64,000 bases of DNA from Octopus sinensis (Eukaryota): positions 13,268,001 through 13,332,000 of the forward strand of contig NC_043004.1 in the NCBI RefSeq assembly GCF_006345805.1, in the 5' to 3' direction. The notes beneath the pieces were generated by a model that was not told the origin of the DNA, ran no database searches, and worked only from the letters and a program-made list of their open reading frames with translations. Of the stretch, positions 1-13,530 are shown piece by piece (within the stretch, counting starts at the first letter, position 1; every line of letters starts with the position of its first letter). The position numbers and the translations under genes were made by a program.

Positions 1-168
1 GTCAGCCACTAAGGGACATGCTCAACTGGTTAAGGTCAAACAACTGACAAGCAAATATGTGGTATCGAGCAGAATATTTGCTGTAGCCCATCTTTTATAC
101 CAAGACAAAACAATGTACATGATAACACTTCCAATCAGTTAAGATCAGAAGCCATGAGAGCCACTGCT
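1..168 (-). mobile_element. Interspersed repeat fragment, probably the 3'-UTR of a 5'-truncated LINE, abutting a (TAA)n array
   Basis: Complex sequence ends abruptly at a long (TTA)n run. It resembles a recurrent octopus LINE 3'-UTR from recall only; no coding motif is visible. Confidence 0.3.
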
Positions 169-191
169 TATTATTATTATTATTATTATTA

Positions 192-226
<35 letters not shown>

Positions 227-274
227 TATTATTATTATTCATTATTATTATTATTTTTATTAATATTATTATTA

Positions 275-310
<36 letters not shown>

Positions 311-311
311 G

Positions 312-366
<55 letters not shown>

Positions 367-368
367 TA

Positions 369-405
<37 letters not shown>

Positions 406-435
406 TATTTCTATCATTACTATCATTACTATCGT
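169..435. repeat. (TTA)n microsatellite, decaying at the 3' end
   Basis: Directly visible; explains the poly-I/L ORF 309..506. Confidence 0.97.
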
Positions 436-1209
436 TGTTATTTTGCATCAAAAATTTATTCGAAAATTATAACATTCTATTTTACTTTCAGAAAGATACT
501 CTATAGTGCGACGCATTAATATAACCATTTACTCTACTATTAACCCCTCACCATCGCCAAGAAAATCGTAACCATAATGCGAAGTAGCAAACATTCCCTA
601 AAGTGTAATGATCATTGTTTCACACCGTTACGCAGACAACTCCTACTTCACGATATTTGCTTTCCTTTTTCATGAGTGACTGGTACAATAAAAGCTGCGG
701 AATAGACCGTATATTTTACTGCTTTAAAAATTACGAAAGAAAGGAATATAGTAAAAACCCGTTTCAGTCGTAATTTCACCAAAATAACACACACGCAAAC
801 ACAGACATAGACAAACACAAACCCACACATATATTCACATATATACATGTATACTCATACGGAGATATGGTAAAGGGAGGAATAGGAAGAAAGTGGGTGA
901 GTCTGAGAATGAGAATGAGTAGGAGGGAATGAGACGTGGATGACTGATACATAGAAACATAGGTAGGTAAGATGTATCGTAAAACGCAATGGTTTATATG
1001 TTTATGCATGAATATAGTCCTCGTCTGTCACAATGCATTATGATTCAACGCACACTTACCCACACCCACACCTACTCACACATACACACGCGTACACACT
1101 ACACACGTTCATACACACTAACACTAAAGCATATGCATAAATATTTTCATATATATGCATACATGTACATCTATCTATCCAACTATCGATCGATCTATCT
1201 ATCAATCTC

Positions 1210-1260
<51 letters not shown>

Positions 1261-1480
1261 ACTCATAAATGCATATATTTGTTATATTTGTTTGTAAATA
1301 AGCACACATATACATATACACATATTTAAACTATCAATTTATCCATCTGTCTATCTATATATATGTATATGTATATATATATATATGTTTATATACATTC
1401 CCTATATATGTATATATACATTCCCTATATATATGTATATATATATATATCTCTCTCTCTATATATATATATATACACAT

Positions 1481-1515
<35 letters not shown>

Positions 1516-1951
1516 GAATATATGTGTGTGCGTGTGTGTGTGCATTTCATTTCAATTAGCATGGCACGGATATATAACTTTGTAAGTGATGCATAGGTGA
1601 CTTACACCTATCGTTCTGGATATTCACATCGACGGAAATTGGATGTGATATTGGTTAAGAATAATATTTTAAACATCTAGGATCTTTTCGTTAATGAGGT
1701 TTGGCAAAATAGAAGCATATTACAGTACCTCTTATTAAAACTGATTAACATTGCATTAAATATGATGCTTCAGGCTACGTAAAGACTGGAAACAAATAAT
1801 CTCAACGTTCTAGTAAACAGCTTATCGGAGATGAGTGTTCTGTAAGGAGTTTGGTAAGAGAGATATTTCAACGCATATAGAAGTATACTTATACATGCTC
1901 ACATGTGAAATAAACACACACGTTCGAATATTTATGAATATATGCGTACAT

Positions 1952-1990
<39 letters not shown>

Positions 1991-2040
1991 TATATATACA
2001 TATACACTTTATTGAAGGCAGCAGAATAATCACAAGAACT

Positions 2041-2113
2041 GTTTCACGTTCCCATTCGTCGGACAGTTTTGTTAGAATCTAACAAAACTGTCTGACGAAC
2101 GTGAACGTGAAAC
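2041..2113. repeat. 73-bp palindrome containing partial hammerhead cores (copy 1)
   Basis: GTTTCACGTTC..TTCGTCGGACAGTTTTGTTAGA a TCTAACAAAACTGTCTGACGAA..GAACGTGAAAC; CTGACGA...GAAA on the + strand. Confidence 0.85.
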
Positions 2114-2548
2114 TCTAATTTCTTTTTGATATTTCAATATAGTATATTAGTGTATCTCTGGTATTCGAATAGTCTCTCTTTCCGTTTTGTTTCACATGTA
2201 TGTGCTTACTCTGGTACACACACACGCACACACACGCACACATACACACACACACGAACACGCACACGCACACAGACACACGCAAACACGCACACACACG
2301 AACACACACACACACGAACACACATACGCACATACACACTCACGCACACACACATGTACGTGTGTGTATGAGTGTGTATCAGTATATAATCATTGATTAT
2401 AATCACCTTATTTTAAATCATATGGATAATACCATACTAAATTCTGGTGCCTTCAACTTAAGTACCAAATTCTTCTGAATCTAAATTTTTATTGAACTTT
2501 TCTACCATACCTGGTGTATCTGTATATATGTATATTTCTGTATTTCTG

Positions 2549-2586
<38 letters not shown>

Positions 2587-2669
2587 TATATAGATATGTT
2601 TATATACATTCCCTATATATATATATATGTTTATATACATTCCCTATATATATGTATATATATACACAT

Positions 2670-2717
<48 letters not shown>

Positions 2718-3229
2718 GAATATATGTGTGTGCGTGTGTGTGTGCATTTCATTTCAATTAGCATGGCACGGATATATAACTTTGTAAGTGATGCATAAGT
2801 GATTTACACCTATCGTTCTGGATATTCACATCGACGGAAATTGGATGTGATATTGGTTAAGAATAATATTTTAAACATCTAGGATCTTTTCGTTAATGAG
2901 GTTTGGCAAAATAGAAGCATATTACAGTACCTCTTATTAAAACTGATTAACATTGCATTAAATATGATGCTTCAGGCTACGTAAAGACTGGAAACAAATA
3001 ATCTCAGTCAACGTTCTAGTAAACAGCTTATCGGAGATGAGTGTTCTGTAAGGAGTTTGGTAAGAGAGATATTTCAACGCATATAGAAGTATACTTATAC
3101 ATGCTCACATGTGAAATAAACACACACGTTCGAATATTTATGAATATATGCGTACATATCAATATATATATATATTATATATATATACATATACACTTTA
3201 TTGAAGGCAGCAGGTATATCACAAGAACT

Positions 3230-3302
3230 GTTTCACGTTCCCATTCGTCGGACAGTTTTGTTAGAATCTAACAAAACTGTCTGACGAACGTGAACGTGAA
3301 AC
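3230..3302. repeat. 73-bp palindrome containing partial hammerhead cores (copy 2, in the duplication)
   Basis: Same sequence as 2041-2113. Confidence 0.85.
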
Positions 3303-3736
3303 TCTAATTTCTTTTTGATATTTCAATATAGTATATTAGTGTATCTCTGGTATTCGAATAGTCTCTCTTTCCGTTCTGTTTCACATGTATGTGCTTACTC
3401 TGGTACACACACACACACGCACACACACGCACACATACACACACACACGCACACGCACACGCACACACACACACGCAAACACGCACACACACGAACACAC
3501 ACACACACGAACACACATACGCACACACACACTCACGCACACACACATGTACGTGTGTGTATGAGTGTGTATCAGTATATAATCATTGATTATAATCACC
3601 TTATTTTAAATCATATGGATAATACCATACTAAATTCTGGTGCCTTCAACTTAAGTACCAAATTCTTCTGAATCTAAATTTTTATTGAACTTTTCTACCA
3701 TACCTGGTGTATCTGTATATATGTATATTTCTGTAT

Positions 3737-3803
<67 letters not shown>

Positions 3804-3980
3804 CTTATAATTATATGTGTATAAACTCAGTGGTTAAAAAAAAACATCAAAATTGTGCAAACAACTTTCTATCAATCCCCCATATATTCACACCGTTGAG
3901 CATAAATAAATTCGTATTAAAATACGCGGGTTTCAGCACACAAAACCCGAAGGTATAAGTATATACATATATACACATAT

Positions 3981-4442
3981 AAAAACGTGTGAAAAACCTG
4001 AAAAAAGCGATGCGTATCAAAGCATATACAGAAAAGCATGAAGAAAATATGAATGTATATATAGTAACGGGACTACGAATTAAAAAATAAGAGTTAAACT
4101 ATTAAAGTTAAAGGAATCCAGAATGATATCCATCGTAAAGTGTGAGAAAGAATTCACGCCTACGGCCGTATCTATGGCCACTGCCACAATCTGTTAACGC
4201 ATTAAAATAACAAATCGGCAATGGCCCCTTCATCAGGAGAAACATATATCTTCACCAAAGAGGTTTCACATTCTGGTAATCCGTCTATCATGATACGGCG
4301 TATTCCTTGTTTCTTCAATAGTTTAACTCTCTTAGTTTTTAATTTTTAGTCCCGTTACTATATATACATTCATATTTTCTTCATTATTTTTCTTCATACA
4401 CTTTCATACGCATCGTTCTTTACAGGTTTTTCGCACGTTTTT
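3981..4442. mobile_element. MITE-like foldback element with ~140-bp imperfect terminal inverted repeats
   Basis: 3981-4117 (AAAAACGTGTGAAAAACCTG...TAGTAACGGGACTA...AAGGAAT) matches the reverse complement of 4302-4442. Non-coding spacer, TA-rich flanks. Confidence 0.8.
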
Positions 4443-4456
4443 GTATACTCTTTAAT

Positions 4457-4855
4457 CTTTTACTTGTTTCAGTAATTTGACTGCGGTCATGCTGGAGCAT
4501 CACCTTTAATCAAATAAAATCGACCCCAGGACTTTTTCTTTGTAAGCCTAGTACTCATTGTATCGGTTTCTTTATGCCGAACCGCTAAGTTACGGGGACT
4601 TAAACACACCAGCATCGGTTGTCAAGCGATGGTAGGGGGACAAACACAGACTCAAACAACAAGCACATATATACATATATATATACATACAGATATATAC
4701 ATATACGACAGGCTTCTTTCAGTTTTCGTCTACAAAATCTTCTCACAAGGCTTTGGTCGGCCCGAGGCTATAGCCAATGTGCCACGTAGTAGGACTGAAC
4801 CCGGAACAATGTGGTTGGGAAGCAAGCTTCTTACCACACAGCCACTCCTGCGCCT
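4457..4855 (-). mobile_element. tRNA-derived SINE, family 1 (head, central domain, microsatellite, tail)
   Basis: Reverse strand starts AGGCGCAGGAGTGGCTGTGTGGTAAG (A-box-like) with GGTTCCGGGTTCAGTCC (B-box-like). About nine homologous copies in the window. Confidence 0.85.
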
Positions 4856-5665
4856 AGTTTTTTACCACACAGACACTGTGTATTTATGTATAATCTTATA
4901 CCTTCGGGTTTTGTGTACTGAACGCCCTGGTATCTTAATATTAGTTACAAGCCGTCAGTAATCACTCAGGGCTGGCAGTTGGTGACATTTATTTAATAAA
5001 ACAAAAAAAAAAGCGAAATACATAAATGCGACTGAGTTGAAGGCAGATTTACTTCTGTCTTTATAGCATGTAAAGAAAACGATGTTTCAGGATTTGACGC
5101 AGCACGTGTACTACAATAGTTCTATGTGCAGCTTAAATACTGAGATTGAAAAGCAGGGGCGAATAATTCTTACCTAATCTACAAAATGATAAAGCATTTT
5201 TGCATTTTATACACAGTAATCAGAGTAAACTTCATAATTTTATTGAATTAGGCGCATATTTTACCATAAAAGGAAAATGCTACTATCGATCTATTTTACT
5301 CAAAGTAATCACTGCCTACCTTGACCACCAAAGCGTCCCTTTTTAATATGTATTTATTTCTGTTCAACGGTGTGAATGTATGAGAATGTTATAAAGTTGT
5401 TTGCTCAATTCTGATTTTTATTTTCTAACCACTGAGCTTTTTTTTCACCTCATTTTTTTTAGTAATTGAGCACTTCCATTTGCAGCCCTGTGTATATTAT
5501 ATTTTTCCATTCCTATATGGAGAAACGAGATTTAAAAAGTATATATCATGTTGCTTCTCACTCTCTCTCTCTCTTTCTCCCCCCCTCTCTCCCTTTCTCT
5601 CCCCACCTCTCTCTCTCTATATATATATGCACAAACACACACAGACACACACACCACACACACAC

Positions 5666-5716
<51 letters not shown>

Positions 5717-5739
5717 GCACAAGCACATATATGTATATA

Positions 5740-6970
5740 TCAGGTCATCCCATAAGTTCTGTCCGAATTTTGAATAAAGAAAACAAGTGATAAAATGTTA
5801 TATTTAATTGAAATTTAACCATCAATGTACTTTCCCTGATTATCTATGACTTCCTTCCATTTATTTACAAGCTTTTTAATCCCATCAATGTAAATCTCTG
5901 AAATGTCAGTTTCGACCTCCTCCTGGCTTGCGAAAGTGGTGTCCCCAAATGATTCTGGAAACTACGAAACAAATGGTAGTCTGAAGGACCAAGATCGGGA
6001 GAATAAAGTGGATGAGAAATTTTTTTCCCAACCAAGCTCTTCGATCTCCTGTGATATGATATTTGCGCATTGTCCTGATGAAGCACCACTCCTTTTCGAT
6101 TCACTAAAGGAGGTGTTTTTTCTTCAAAGCTTGGTCCAAACGCTCTAATTGCTGACAGTAGACTTGAGCATTGATTGTTGCATTAGTTGGTAACAATTCA
6201 AAGGAAATTACTCCTTTGCAATCCCACCAGATAGAGAGAAGTACCTTTTTCCATGAAGTTCCTTTCGCGGTTGTGTATGAGCATTTTCCCTTTTACCTAG
6301 CCACTGTTTACGACGTTTAACATTTCGATAGAAGATCCATTTTTCGTCACCAGTCACAAGTCTATCCAAAAGTGTGAAATGTGTTCACGAGAATGGAAAG
6401 GAGAGAAGATATCAACCTGGGATTTACGGTTGCTTTCGGACAATTCATGAAGCACCAATTTTCCATGTTTAGGAACCTTTCCATGTTGTTGATGACGACG
6501 ATGAACAGTTGTATGGTTTGAACTACGCTTTATTAACAATTCTTAAAATGATAATGCAGGATTTTCTTCAAGTAATGCCTCAAGGAGCTTATCATCAAAC
6601 TCAGCTGGACGTCCTGTTCGATCTTCATCTTCAAGGCTGAAATCTCCACTTCTGGATTTTGCAAACCATCTTCTGCAAGTTCTTTCATTCAAGCATTCTT
6701 TCTCATAAACTGAGTGTATGTTTTGAGTCGCTTCGGCAGCAGAGTTTCTTTTTTAGTACTCATAAAGCATTACGTGCCTTAAATGCTCCTTGGATACTTC
6801 CATGTTAGAAACTTTAATTCTATTATTCTATAATATAATATTTAATTAGTTTAAATGTATACAAATGCATGAAAGTAACTAATAAATTCCATTAGACATT
6901 CTAAAATACTAATAAATTTCATTCAATTTTAAAAAACGTAAAATCGGACAGAACTTATGGGATGACCTGA
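5740..6970 (-). mobile_element. Full-length degenerate mariner transposon A (1231 bp)
   Basis: TIRs TCAGGTCATCCCATAAGTTCTGTCCGA at both ends, flanked by TA TSD (5738-39, 6971-72). Confidence 0.95.
5790..6803 (-). pseudogene. Mariner (DD34D-type) transposase pseudogene
   Basis: Minus-strand motifs MEVSKEHLRHVMLYEY, GKLVLHELSE (WVPHEL-like), DRLVTGDEKWIFY, LHQDNA, HPLYSPDLGPSDYHLF; stops and frameshifts present. Confidence 0.93.
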
Positions 6971-8225
6971 TATATAAATTTATTTAAAGTAATATAAGTA
7001 CATAAACACTCACGGCGTGCACCAGTTAGTGGCAATTTGAGAAAAATGGGTGTTGAAAAGAAAGTTTGCACAGAACGAGTTCTTTGTGCACTTTAATAGA
7101 TATAAGACACTAGAAATATCTCCGGTATCATTCTGAAGTGTTGGCGTACGTGCATGCACACAAACACACATGAACTTGCATGCAAAAATAATGCAACCAG
7201 ATACACACATACCTATATATATATATACATATGATAATATGATATATGAATATATGAGTAAATGTTTAGATTTGTGTGAGAGAGAGTAAATATATATATG
7301 TGCGTGAATTTATGCTTGTTCCTGTGTACGAATGTATGTATACATACACATATATTAAGCTATAGATATGTATGCGTTATTGATTTATATACCGAAGACC
7401 TACAGAAACGCAAATTAATTATTTTTTATGTTCTTTATATTTGATAATCATTACAATTCTCATTTTATATGTAAAGATACGTATATGCGTACACACGCAC
7501 ACGCACACATGTCACATATATAAACTCGTACATTTACAGATATACATTTAAGAACATATTAAGGAAAATTAAACAAATATCATAAAAGAAAAAGCAAACA
7601 ATGTTATCAGCTCTTTATTTAATATGTATACTCGGATTAAATGCAGATATATTATTCATATCCAAGAAAGGAAATAAATATACATTGTATTTAATCCTAT
7701 CTAATCCTTTCAGGAGCCATATTGTTTTATGCCGTATGTAATACTTTCTAATTTCTAATTTAATATGAGAGCAGTAAAATGAACGTCTTCATAAAATTAT
7801 TCTGATTCTAAATATTTGTGTTCAATTTGAAACACCGCTAGGATATACAACTTTAGGCCGTATCTATGCTGTCTCTCTTATTGCTAGAAATATCTGGTAT
7901 ATATTTCCTAAATTTCACTCGACTCTATTATTAAAGGACATACTACTTGAGGATTTTGAGACGGCGTTCAGCGCTTTTCCTGAGATGTAAAAGGTTTCTA
8001 TTACGGCTGCAATTTACAAAATAAATCTACAAATTTAAATTCCTTGAGCCAAATAACAGCGCTGCAAGTCAAAACGTTCAACAAGATATCATACCGCGTA
8101 AAACCGGCAGCGCAAAACGGAAAGAATATTTTTGGCTGCATTGAAATTTACCATTCCGCTGGTTCGAAACTAAATGTAAAAGAGAGTTGTCTGGGAAACA
8201 TTTTTTATATATGTGTGTTCATATA

Positions 8226-9417
8226 TTAGGTTGTTTCACATAAGAGTTCGTATTTGAAAGGTAACAATAAAATGTTTCAGAAATGTTAGAGAATTGATTT
8301 ATTTAATCAATGATCCATATTCATTTATGACATTTACCCAACGTTTCTCTATGTCATATATTCCATCTTTAAAAAAATCATCTTTTGCTGTGATAAACTG
8401 TCTGAATTCTTCTCTATTTCAGAATATCTTATTGCTAATGAAAAGCTCAAAATGCTTAAATAAGTGATGATCAGTAGGAGAGATATGGGAATAGGGAGGA
8501 TGTTAAAAATCTCATAATTCAGGCTTTGCAACTTTTAAACCTTAGCTAGAGTAGTGTGAGGACGTACATTGTCGTAGAGGAAAATTGCGCCATCTCTATT
8601 CACTACTCTGGGTTTCTTCTTTTTCAAATTCTCATGCCTACAATGAATTTCCCGGCAATACAATGTTGCTGTTACCGTTTTTCTTTGTTGCAAAAATGAA
8701 TAATGAATAACTCACTTCGCAGAAAACCATACAATAACCACTAAATTTTTAGGGTGAAATGGTGGGTTTAGGTAGTGTTTAGGTGACGCTCCAGCATATA
8801 ATCACTGCTCTGTTCTCCTGCTGTTGTCATGCAAACATGGTCTTTTTTCCAGTCGTGAAAGCAGTAAGGAACACACTTCGAGGTATCTGTTTTTTAATCT
8901 CGTTCAGTTGATGTGGAACAAAACTATCCGTTTCCTTGACTTCTCCAATTTTTTTACAGGTGTCCAAAAACAGTTCTGCGAGATGTTTGGAGTTCTGATG
9001 AAAATTTTCGAACCTTTGTTCTCGGATTTTGTTCAGCCAAAATATTTATTTCATCATGCAGAATAACTTATTGTGGCCTACCCATTAGTTTGTTTTCAAG
9101 GCTATCATCTCCTGAACGACAGCAAAGGAACCATCTCTCAACAGTTCTGATCTCAACGAAACCATTACCAAAAGCCCGCTTGATATTCCGCAGAGCGTCT
9201 GCGGCAGAGTGGCCCAGTTTGTAGTCATACGGGAAAATCACTGAACATAGCTTGGTTGTTATCATTTTCATAAGGTCTGTGGGTACAAATTTTGTATACC
9301 AATATTGTTGGGAAGGAAAAGGAGTCAAGATTAAATGCAAGGTATATATAATTGAGTTTTCAAATGACTGAAATAACAAGTAATTAAAAATGCGACATTT
9401 CATGTGAAACAACCTGA
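8226..9417 (-). mobile_element. Full-length degenerate mariner transposon B (1192 bp), distinct family
   Basis: TIRs T(T/C)AGGTTGTTTCACAT with TA flanks (8224-25, 9418-19). N-terminal HTH YKLGHSAADALRNIKRAFG..RTVERWF; frameshifted IFLYDNVRPH and HPPYSP motifs at ~8480-8590. Confidence 0.9.
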
Positions 9418-9755
9418 TATTTTATGGTGTACTTTTAAATTTCCCTTGCACATAAATGCCAAATCTATCTCTGAAAATACACATAATCCATACTGTACAA
9501 TCTGTTCATACAGAGTGATTGCAGGAGAGGTAAGCGGTTTGGGTGTATTTCCTGCGATCGACATATTTTGACGCATTTGAAGTTGATATTCTTGGAATAA
9601 GTTGTAGACAGGGCTGCGCTAAGCATGATGTGTTTACTTTTGAGGGCTGTCCCATATTTCCATGATAATTCACTAAAAGAAATTTCTGTAGAAAAATGAG
9701 TACAATTTTGACGCTAATTATTAAATTCATATGTCTTTCATCATTTTGTTGCAGT

Positions 9756-9973
9756 AAGGCGGTGAGCTGGTAGAATCGTTAGCACGCCGGGCGAAATGCT
9801 TGGCGGTATTTCGTCTGCCGCTACGTTCTGAGTTTAAACTCCGCCGAGGACAACCTTGCCTTCAATCCTTTCGGGGTCGATAAAATTAGTACTAGTAACG
9901 TACTGGTGTCGATGTAAATCGACTTAATCCCCTCCCCCTAATTTGAGGCCTTGTACTTTCAATAGAAAGGATT
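9756..9973 (+). mobile_element. tRNA-derived SINE, family 2
   Basis: AAGGCGGTGAGCTGGTAGAATCGTTAGCACGCCGGGCG...GTTCTGAGTT; homologous copies at 16723, 26311, 32350, 44254 and 45190. Confidence 0.85.
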
Positions 9974-10730
9974 AATTTCTTGCAGTCTTAATCTCTCTCA
10001 TTTACATAAGCTGAACGGTATCGCGTCCTCTAAGTGGTCGTTTAGTATGTTAGAATAGCAGGGATCACCTGAGTTTTAAAAGGTAATTTTTTCCTCAAAA
10101 TAATTATGATCAATATCATCAAGTCTTATGAGGAAATAAAGTCATGATGCATGAAATATCCGTCCCTCCGAAATTTTCTTTACATATTAGATTCGTAATC
10201 TACACCAACTGAATGTATTTGTAGAAAATTTTAAACCCATTTTAACTGAAATTAAGAAGAAATACGAAGTATATAAATTATCCGAAAATCACTTCTGAAG
10301 GAAAATTCTCCATAAAAAAATTCTAAACAATTCTAAACAATCTAAACTGGTTTTCATTTGTAGAAAATTTCATGAAAAAATTTTAATTTGTCAAAGGTTA
10401 TCAGGAAACAAATTGGGCGCGGGTTGGGAAAACTTTTGTAGTTATGCCCTCAGTTTATTTATTGAGTGAGTACCAAAGGATATATGAGGAAATTAGACGT
10501 AACATTGAAGAAATATTACTTAACCAAAGGTATAGGTTCCATGTAGGGACTTGTAGAAAGCCGCCAGGAGGGCGGTCTAACAGCTATTATGTTTGAAGTA
10601 TTTAATCCATGATCTTTAATTCAGTCGTGAACTGGCGGCGAGAACAACGCAGATAATTACAAGCACATAAACACGCACACACTCACACATGCGCGCGCGC
10701 GCGTCCATCTATATATAAATATATTCTACA

Positions 10731-10882
10731 ACGGACTTTTACACAGTCTCCGTTAATCAAAGTGATCTGTCAGTCGAAAGCTATAGTGGAAAACATTTAT
10801 GCAAGATGCCGCATCATAGGACTGAACCCGAAACGACATGATTGCCAAGTGCACTTTTCAACCACGTAACCGTGCCAGCGCT
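10731..10882 (-). mobile_element. Degenerate 5' half of SINE family 1
   Basis: GCTATAGTGGAAAACATT..GGACTGAACCCGAAAC resembles other family-1 copies. Confidence 0.45.
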
Positions 10883-11351
10883 TATGCTAATACTGGCACG
10901 AGGTGTATTGGTGCTTTCTTTAACACGAAGTAGCGTAGTACATGCATTTGAATAGAAGTAGTTTTCGAGAAATAATATCGAATGAAGAAAAATTGTATTT
11001 TAAGTTAATCCGTAATGTGTGTGAACACGTGACAATTCCTACAGTTTCTAACTTTGGACAAACACATGCATGAATATGAATACATAATCTATGACATAAA
11101 CACTAACATATTTATTATATTAAACTGAATCAAAACGATTTATTACTGCTGGACATGTGTCATTCAGTGTGAAGTTATGAAAACATTACTTAGCTTGAGC
11201 TGAACAAAACATGTGACCAAGAGTAATGAATCATTTTAATTTCATGTGCTGTATAAAATATAATGTTATTCTCAACGTCTAACATTCCCTTGCGTCCTTT
11301 AATTGAAGTGGCATCTAGTTCATAAATATCCATTCATACTTACGTATGCAC

Positions 11352-11396
<45 letters not shown>

Positions 11397-11809
11397 TATG
11401 TGCATATATACACACACATACACACACACACATACATATATATATACATATCTACACAGGTACATAAATACATACATAAGCACATGCATACATTCATACA
11501 TATACATGTGTGTGTATGTGTGTGTGTGTGCGTGTATGTGTGTGCATACATATTTGTTGGTGCGTGAATTTTTGAATATGGTTGTATATAAATACCGCAT
11601 AGGCTTCATGCCGAGCCTGTCACCATTCATGATGAAGTGAACACATATACTCAATGAAATTATGAGCCAAATACATGCGTATACAAGGTAAGTATGAATA
11701 GATACAACCGCATACCATATATATACGTATACGCACACTCGAGAAGAAACTAAAGTGCACCCACAGATATCCACACATTCACATTAATACAGAGAAACAC
11801 AACCAGCCC

Positions 11810-11960
11810 ACATACATACGCATATACATACATACATACATACATACATACATACATACATACATACATACATACATACATACATACATAATATATACAT
11901 ACATACATATATATATATATGTATGTATATATGTATGTATGTATACACATATATATATGT
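11810..11960. repeat. (TACA)n/(TA)n microsatellite
   Basis: Directly visible. Confidence 0.95.
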
Positions 11961-12194
11961 ATGTGTGGATGTATGTATATCTTTCTTGAATGTGAACTCT
12001 AATATCGAATACTAGAAGGCAATCTCCCATTTTTTTATTATTATTATTCTTGGGACGTTGAAGCGGATACCAAAATAATCTAAAAGAAGAATAGTTATAA
12101 TATAAATAGTAATAGCAAAACTAATAATTCCATTAATACCAATAATGGTAACAGTAACAATAATAGTGATAATAATAACATCAACGGCAAGAAC

Positions 12195-12195
12195 A

Positions 12196-12253
<58 letters not shown>

Positions 12254-12460
12254 TGATGATGACGATTATAATGATAATGATAATCGTAGTAGTAGTAGTA
12301 GTTGTAGTAGGAGTAGTAGTAGTAGTAATAATAATAATAAAAATAATGATAATAATAATAACAATGGTAATAATAATAATAATAATGATAATAATAATAA
12401 TAATAATAATAATAATATAATAATAATAATGATAACAATGGTAATAATAATAACAGCAGT
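12195..12460. repeat. Compound (AAT)n/(GAT)n/(AGT)n microsatellite
   Basis: Directly visible. Confidence 0.95.
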
Positions 12461-13229
12461 GATAATGATTCTGATCGCAACAACAATAACAACAATATCT
12501 AGAAGTGACATGAAAAAGCTTTTAGTTTCATTTCCGATTATCAAGAGGGAGATTTTTAACATGAACATACTCTCTTGTTTTCAATCTTTACGATATCTAT
12601 AATTCGCTGTCTACTTTCAATTTCGCTTCCTTCATATTTCCTTCTTTATATCTTTCTTATTTTCTTTCTAAACTCCTTTCCTTTCATTATTTTTCTGTCT
12701 ATTTTTTCGTTTTATTATTTTTCTTATCTTTTTACTTTATCATTGTTATTATTGTTGTAGCTGTTGGTTGGTTATGTTTTTATTAGGGGTTTTATGTAAG
12801 TGTTTATGCGTTTTTATTTTTATTTTTTAACATACGATCAAAAATGATGACCAGCAGAGATCAGCGGCTTTCAATTTCTTTATCTGTAAGTGTTTATCGT
12901 CTGCAACTTTACAAAACTAGCTCATGGTTTCAATCCTGGAATGGTGCCAATTGTTTGCATAATATCAATGGATATGAACCTTTTCATCAGCAGACAATTC
13001 TTATCGTTCATATTTGATTGTGGCGTTTCTGATAACTGATCAATCATACTTGAAATATATATTAATATTAACGAAATTTTTCGTGAAATACATATATGTA
13101 TGTCGTAGATATTTACATATTCAAATACACACACACACACACACACACATATGTATATCTACACGCATGGATATATTTTGTTCTGCTCTTTACTTGTTTT
13201 TCCCCATCTCAATCTCATACACATATGTG

Positions 13230-13323
13230 TGTATGTCTGTATATATTTATACATGTCTATGTATATATATATGTATATATATGTTTACATATATATATAT
13301 ATACACGCACTCACACGCACATG

Positions 13324-13368
<45 letters not shown>

Positions 13369-13530
13369 GTATATATATGTATACATATGTACATATATGT
13401 ATACATGCATATATATGTATACACATATATATATGTATACATATATATACATATGCATGTGTGTATATATAAACGCATATGTATATATGTGTGCATGTGT
13501 ATGTGTACATGCATATATATATATATGTAG
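13230..13530. repeat. Degenerate (TA)n/(TG)n low-complexity tract
   Basis: Directly visible; source of the long YIYI ORFs. Confidence 0.9.

Larger units (their letters stand above)
1385..3743. repeat. Tandem duplication of a ~1.2-kb unit (copy 1 ~1385-2550, copy 2 ~2596-3743)
   Basis: The unique segment GCATTTCATTTCAATTAGCATGGCACGG... occurs at ~1541 and ~2743. Both copies end in GTATATTTCTGTATTTCTGTA, with few substitutions and a 4-bp indel. Confidence 0.95.

Noticed and set aside
4225-4245. Minus-strand CTGATGA in the MITE spacer (similar lone cores at 14886, 29843, 32116)
   Set aside because: No correctly placed GAAA or stems; lone 7-mers are expected by chance.
12905-12995. Minus-strand CTGATGA...GAAAC as a hammerhead
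   Set aside because: Stems I, II and III do not pair.
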